From: Diadema antillarum | Taxonomy: Eukaryota | Direction: 5' to 3' | Length of the DNA stretch: 64,000 nt | Assembly (NCBI RefSeq): GCF_040938485.1 | Contig: NW_027271066.1 | Span: 124,001 to 188,000, forward strand | Part shown: piece after piece, positions 61,001 through 64,000 of the stretch | Layout of the letters: each line of letters starts with the position of its first letter | Position numbering within the stretch: position 1 is the stretch's first letter | Position numbers and translations under genes: made by a program | The notes under the pieces: generated by a model | What the model was told of the DNA's origin: nothing | Seen by the model: the letters and a program-made list of their open reading frames with translations, nothing else | The model's database searches: none

Positions 61001-63879
61001 AGAGAGGAAAACTGACATGAACTTTGCATCGTGGGAGCTGCTAGAGTGGAAGAAACAACAATATCAAGTAAGTTCAACGTCGTTAAAGTTCAATGGCGTT
61101 GTTTCCTTGAAGTCACCACGCGAACTAGACGCCCACGAGTCATTTGCCCAGCTAGACATTGTAGCGTCAAGCTCGAGGACTTAATGTTTGTAATGTCGAA
61201 CTTGTTGGCCTTTTAGCCAAATTACGAGCTCTTAGAACTTATTTGCCAAGTGTCTAGCTCCTGGACAGTATATCTCGAGAGACTATTTAACACTGTATAA
61301 CTCACTGTATATATCGTGAGTTGTATAAACTCGTGGGCTATATGACTCGTGGTCCGTATGACTCGTGGGCTGTATGACTCGTGGGTGTCTAGCTCGTGAT
61401 GTACACTCGGATTTCTTTTTTCGAGGGAATATCTTCTGAGGTTTGTAATGTTGATGTACCTGCTGCTGATGTCGTCAGTAGCGCTGCTGCTCTTGATGTG
61501 GTATCATCTGTGGTTTGTATGGTAGGCAAACCGACTGATGTTGTGCCTGGGGATGTTGTTGCTATCGACGTGGTACTATCGGTCGTTTGTATTGTTGATG
61601 TACCTGCCGTAGTTTCTTTTGTTGATGTACCTACTGACGTTGTGGTTGGTGGCATCGTTGTGGCAGTATCAGTTGTCTGTATTGTTGATGCACCTGCTGA
61701 TGTTGTGATAGATGGAGTCGTTGCTACCGAGGTGGTAGTATCTGTTGTTTCCATTGTTGATGGACCTAATGTTGTACTCGGAGGAGTCGTCCCCTTTGAA
61801 GTAGTACCACGAGTTGTTTGTGTTGTTGATGTACCTGCCGATGTTGTGCGTAGTGGCGGCGTTGCTGTCGAAGTAATATCGATTGTTGTTAGCGTTGTTG
61901 GTGTACCTGGTGCAGTCGTGGGTTTTGAAGAGGAAATCGTTGCAACAATCGTGGGCATTGACGTAGATGTTGTTGTGACTGCAGTTTTCAATGTGAAACA
62001 AATCGTGGGTCTTATTGTAGTGCAGATGGTCGATTTTGAACATTTTTACTTTACATTTTTCTTATGGATCACTCTATGCATGTTATTGTAGGGCATTATG
62101 CTTTAGGTATAGATGTATCTTGCATAATTCAATACAATAATATACAAGTATTGTGATTGCGTTTGTGTTATTATGTCTGTTTGTATGTAAGTTGCTACTT
62201 TGAGGGTGCAAGTCCGATATGTTGGTTATCAGTGTGATTTGACCGTGATTATCATAATTATTGTTATCACATATTATTATCACTATCAATCGTAAAATCT
62301 TTCCATCTTCCTATGATGATTATCGCTGCGAGGGTAGCATGCAATCATCCGACAGAAACGCATAATTTTATGGTCCTACTTAATAGCTACACCCTGTTCT
62401 GAAAAGAAAAAACAAAACAAGAAAACGTGAAGGTAAATATCAAATAAAATGGATAAAGATTGAAATTAAAAACAAAGTCATGAAAATAAATATAAAATAC
62501 CAGCTCGTTGAGGTAGAGAACAATGTTTCTACATGTGTATTTGATGGAAAGAAACGTGCACTCAAAGCAATTAAAATGATATGAAAGAAGACAAGACGAT
62601 AAATGAATATAAATAATATATAGATATTAGACAAGATAATTGACATGAATATCAAAACGTGGGAGTTGCTCACAGAAGGAACACACTACAACATAAAGTA
62701 GGTTCATCTGCAATATTTTTTTTTTCTGGCGTCTTTTCTCTGGAGGCAATAAACATCTGACGTTCGTAGCTGTAATGTACCTGCTGCTGATGTGCTCCGT
62801 GGCGCCGTAAGTTTTGAAGTGGTAACATCTGTGGTTTGTATTGTAGATGATTTAGTCGATGTTGTGTCTGCTGGTGTCGTTGCCCTCGAAGTGGTACTAC
62901 CGGTCGTTTGTATACCTGCCGTAGTTTCTAGTGTTGATGAACCCACCGACGTCGTGGTCTGTTGCGTCGTCATGGAACTATCAGTACCTGTTGTCTGTAT
63001 TGTTGGTGTAGTTGATGTTGTTGTGCTAGATGGCGTCGTTGATGTGAAAGTTGTGATACCTGTGGTTTCTATTATTGATGAACCTAATGTGCTCGGAGGC
63101 GTCTTTGCCTTTACCATGGTACCAATGGTTGTTTGAATTGTTGATGTACCTGCCAAAACTGAGCGTAGTGGTGGTGGTGGGGGGGGGGGGGGGGGGATGA
63201 GGGTTGAAGTAAATATCAAATACTGATTCGTCGAGGCAGAAGAAACATGCAAACAAATATATCGTATAAAGATTTTATGAATGAAATGTGAAATTAAGGA
63301 TAAGAAGATGAATTTACATGGATAATTGACAGGCAAGATAATTAACATTAATTTTGCTGCATGAGATGGGTTACAGTAGGGGGGGGGGAAACGTTAAGTA
63401 AGGTTATTGTTTATAACTTTAAGCTTGATTAGCATTGTTGCTTTCGACGTAATATCATCTCAGGTCTGCACTATAGATGCTTGATGTACCTGATGCTGAT
63501 GTGCTCCGTGGCGCCGTTGGTTTTGAAGTGGTAACATCTGTGGTTTGTATGGTAGATGAACCAACTGAAGTTGTGTCTGGTGGTGTTGTTGCTCTCAAAG
63601 TGGTACTATCGGTCGTTTGTATTGTTGGTGTACCTGTTGTAGTTTCTATTGTTGATGAACCCACCGCCGTCGTGGTCTGTGGCGTCGTCGTGGCGCTGTC
63701 AGTACCTGTTGTCTGTGTTGTTGGTGTAGTTGATGTTGTTGTGCTAGATGGCGTCGTTACTGTGGAAGTGATTATACCTGTGGTTTCTATTATTGATGAA
63801 TCTAATGTTGTGCTCGGAGGCGTCTTTGCCTTCAAAATGGTACCAATGGTTGTTTGAATTGTTGATGTACCTGCCAAAG
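50624..63879 (-). CDS. Gene E (5'-incomplete): Thr-rich mucin-like tandem exons followed by five Kazal domains; probable secreted O-glycosylated multi-Kazal protein
   Basis: Symmetric phase-1 exons 63879-63490, 63158-62781, 61978-61460, 60140-59565, 58754-58362, 56168-55842, 54888-54742, 53734-53378 (K1+K2), 52561-52412 (K3), 51591-51445 (K4) and 50781-50624 (K5, stop). All internal lengths are multiples of 3. Joining the mucin and Kazal halves into one transcript is inferred. Confidence 0.62.
56912..57255 (-). CDS. Candidate alternative terminal Thr/Arg-rich exon of gene E
   Basis: Strong acceptor GTGCTTTTCAG in phase 1; reads ETTKVSRTTRTR...PPIIIEKK*; AATAAA overlaps the stop codon; no convincing in-frame phase-1 donor. 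Confidence 0.45.
58240..58265 (-). CDS. Candidate short alternative terminal exon (A)ACYNNAI* of gene E
   Basis: Acceptor TTCTTTTCTCCTTCAG after a 96-nt intron; downstream donors at 58163 (GTAAAG) and 58099 (GTAAGT). Confidence 0.3.
61117..61398. mobile_element. MITE with about 25-bp TIRs and subterminal repeats, inserted in an intron of gene E
   Basis: Left CACGCGAACTAGACGCCCACGAGTCAT versus right ATGACTCGTGGGTGTCTAGCTCGTG; (TATG)ACTCGTGG repeated four times at 61329-61383. Confidence 0.7.
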
Positions 63880-64000
63880 CTGTAAGTGGTGGCAGAGGAA
63901 AATCACAGTAAATATCAAATACTGATTCGTTGAGACAGAACAAACGTTGCCTACATGTGCAGTTCATGAAAATATATCGTATGATAGAATAAAATGTACG

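Noticed and set aside
58388-63857. Val-rich + strand ORFs (VVVDVP...)
   Set aside because: Antisense mirror of Thr codons in the mucin exons; splice signals support the minus strand.

Overview
AT-rich, intron-containing animal DNA, most likely an echinoderm and probably a sea urchin (inferred from gene content and repeat types; not verifiable here). On the + strand there is one intronless rhodopsin-class GPCR (3766-4827). The rest of the window is a co-oriented minus-strand cluster of genes for secreted low-complexity proteins, which I reconstructed from GT-AG splice sites. Gene A (CDS 8162-10899, 482 aa) has a 4-Cys Kazal-like domain plus Pro/Ala/Arg and Asp/Gly/Ser blocks. Gene B (17594-20030, 479 aa) is Pro/Ala/Arg-rich with a C-terminal Kazal domain. 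Gene C (24669-27932, 637 aa) is Gly/Asp/Cys-rich with a C-terminal Kazal domain. Gene D (37278-39379, 438 aa) is a Gly-rich and Pro/Arg-rich mosaic without Kazal. Gene E is 5'-incomplete (about 50624 to beyond 63879), with tandemly duplicated Thr-rich mucin-like exons followed by five Kazal domains. Genes A-D share a TATA box (a variant in C), a non-coding first exon, a 22-aa signal peptide followed by Ala-Pro, only phase-1 coding introns, closely paired cysteines and an intron just after the stop codon. A-C have an R-X-X-R convertase motif assembled across an intron. The proteins match my recollection of the Ala/Pro-rich, acidic Gly-rich, Kazal-bearing proteins reported from sea urchin tooth matrix, so this looks like a biomineral-matrix gene cluster built by exon shuffling. 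Intergenic and intronic DNA holds L2/Crack-type LINE 3' fragments, a tRNA-derived SINE, several TTAA-flanked MITEs, microsatellites and two assembly gaps. All exon models are manual predictions that need RNA-seq confirmation.
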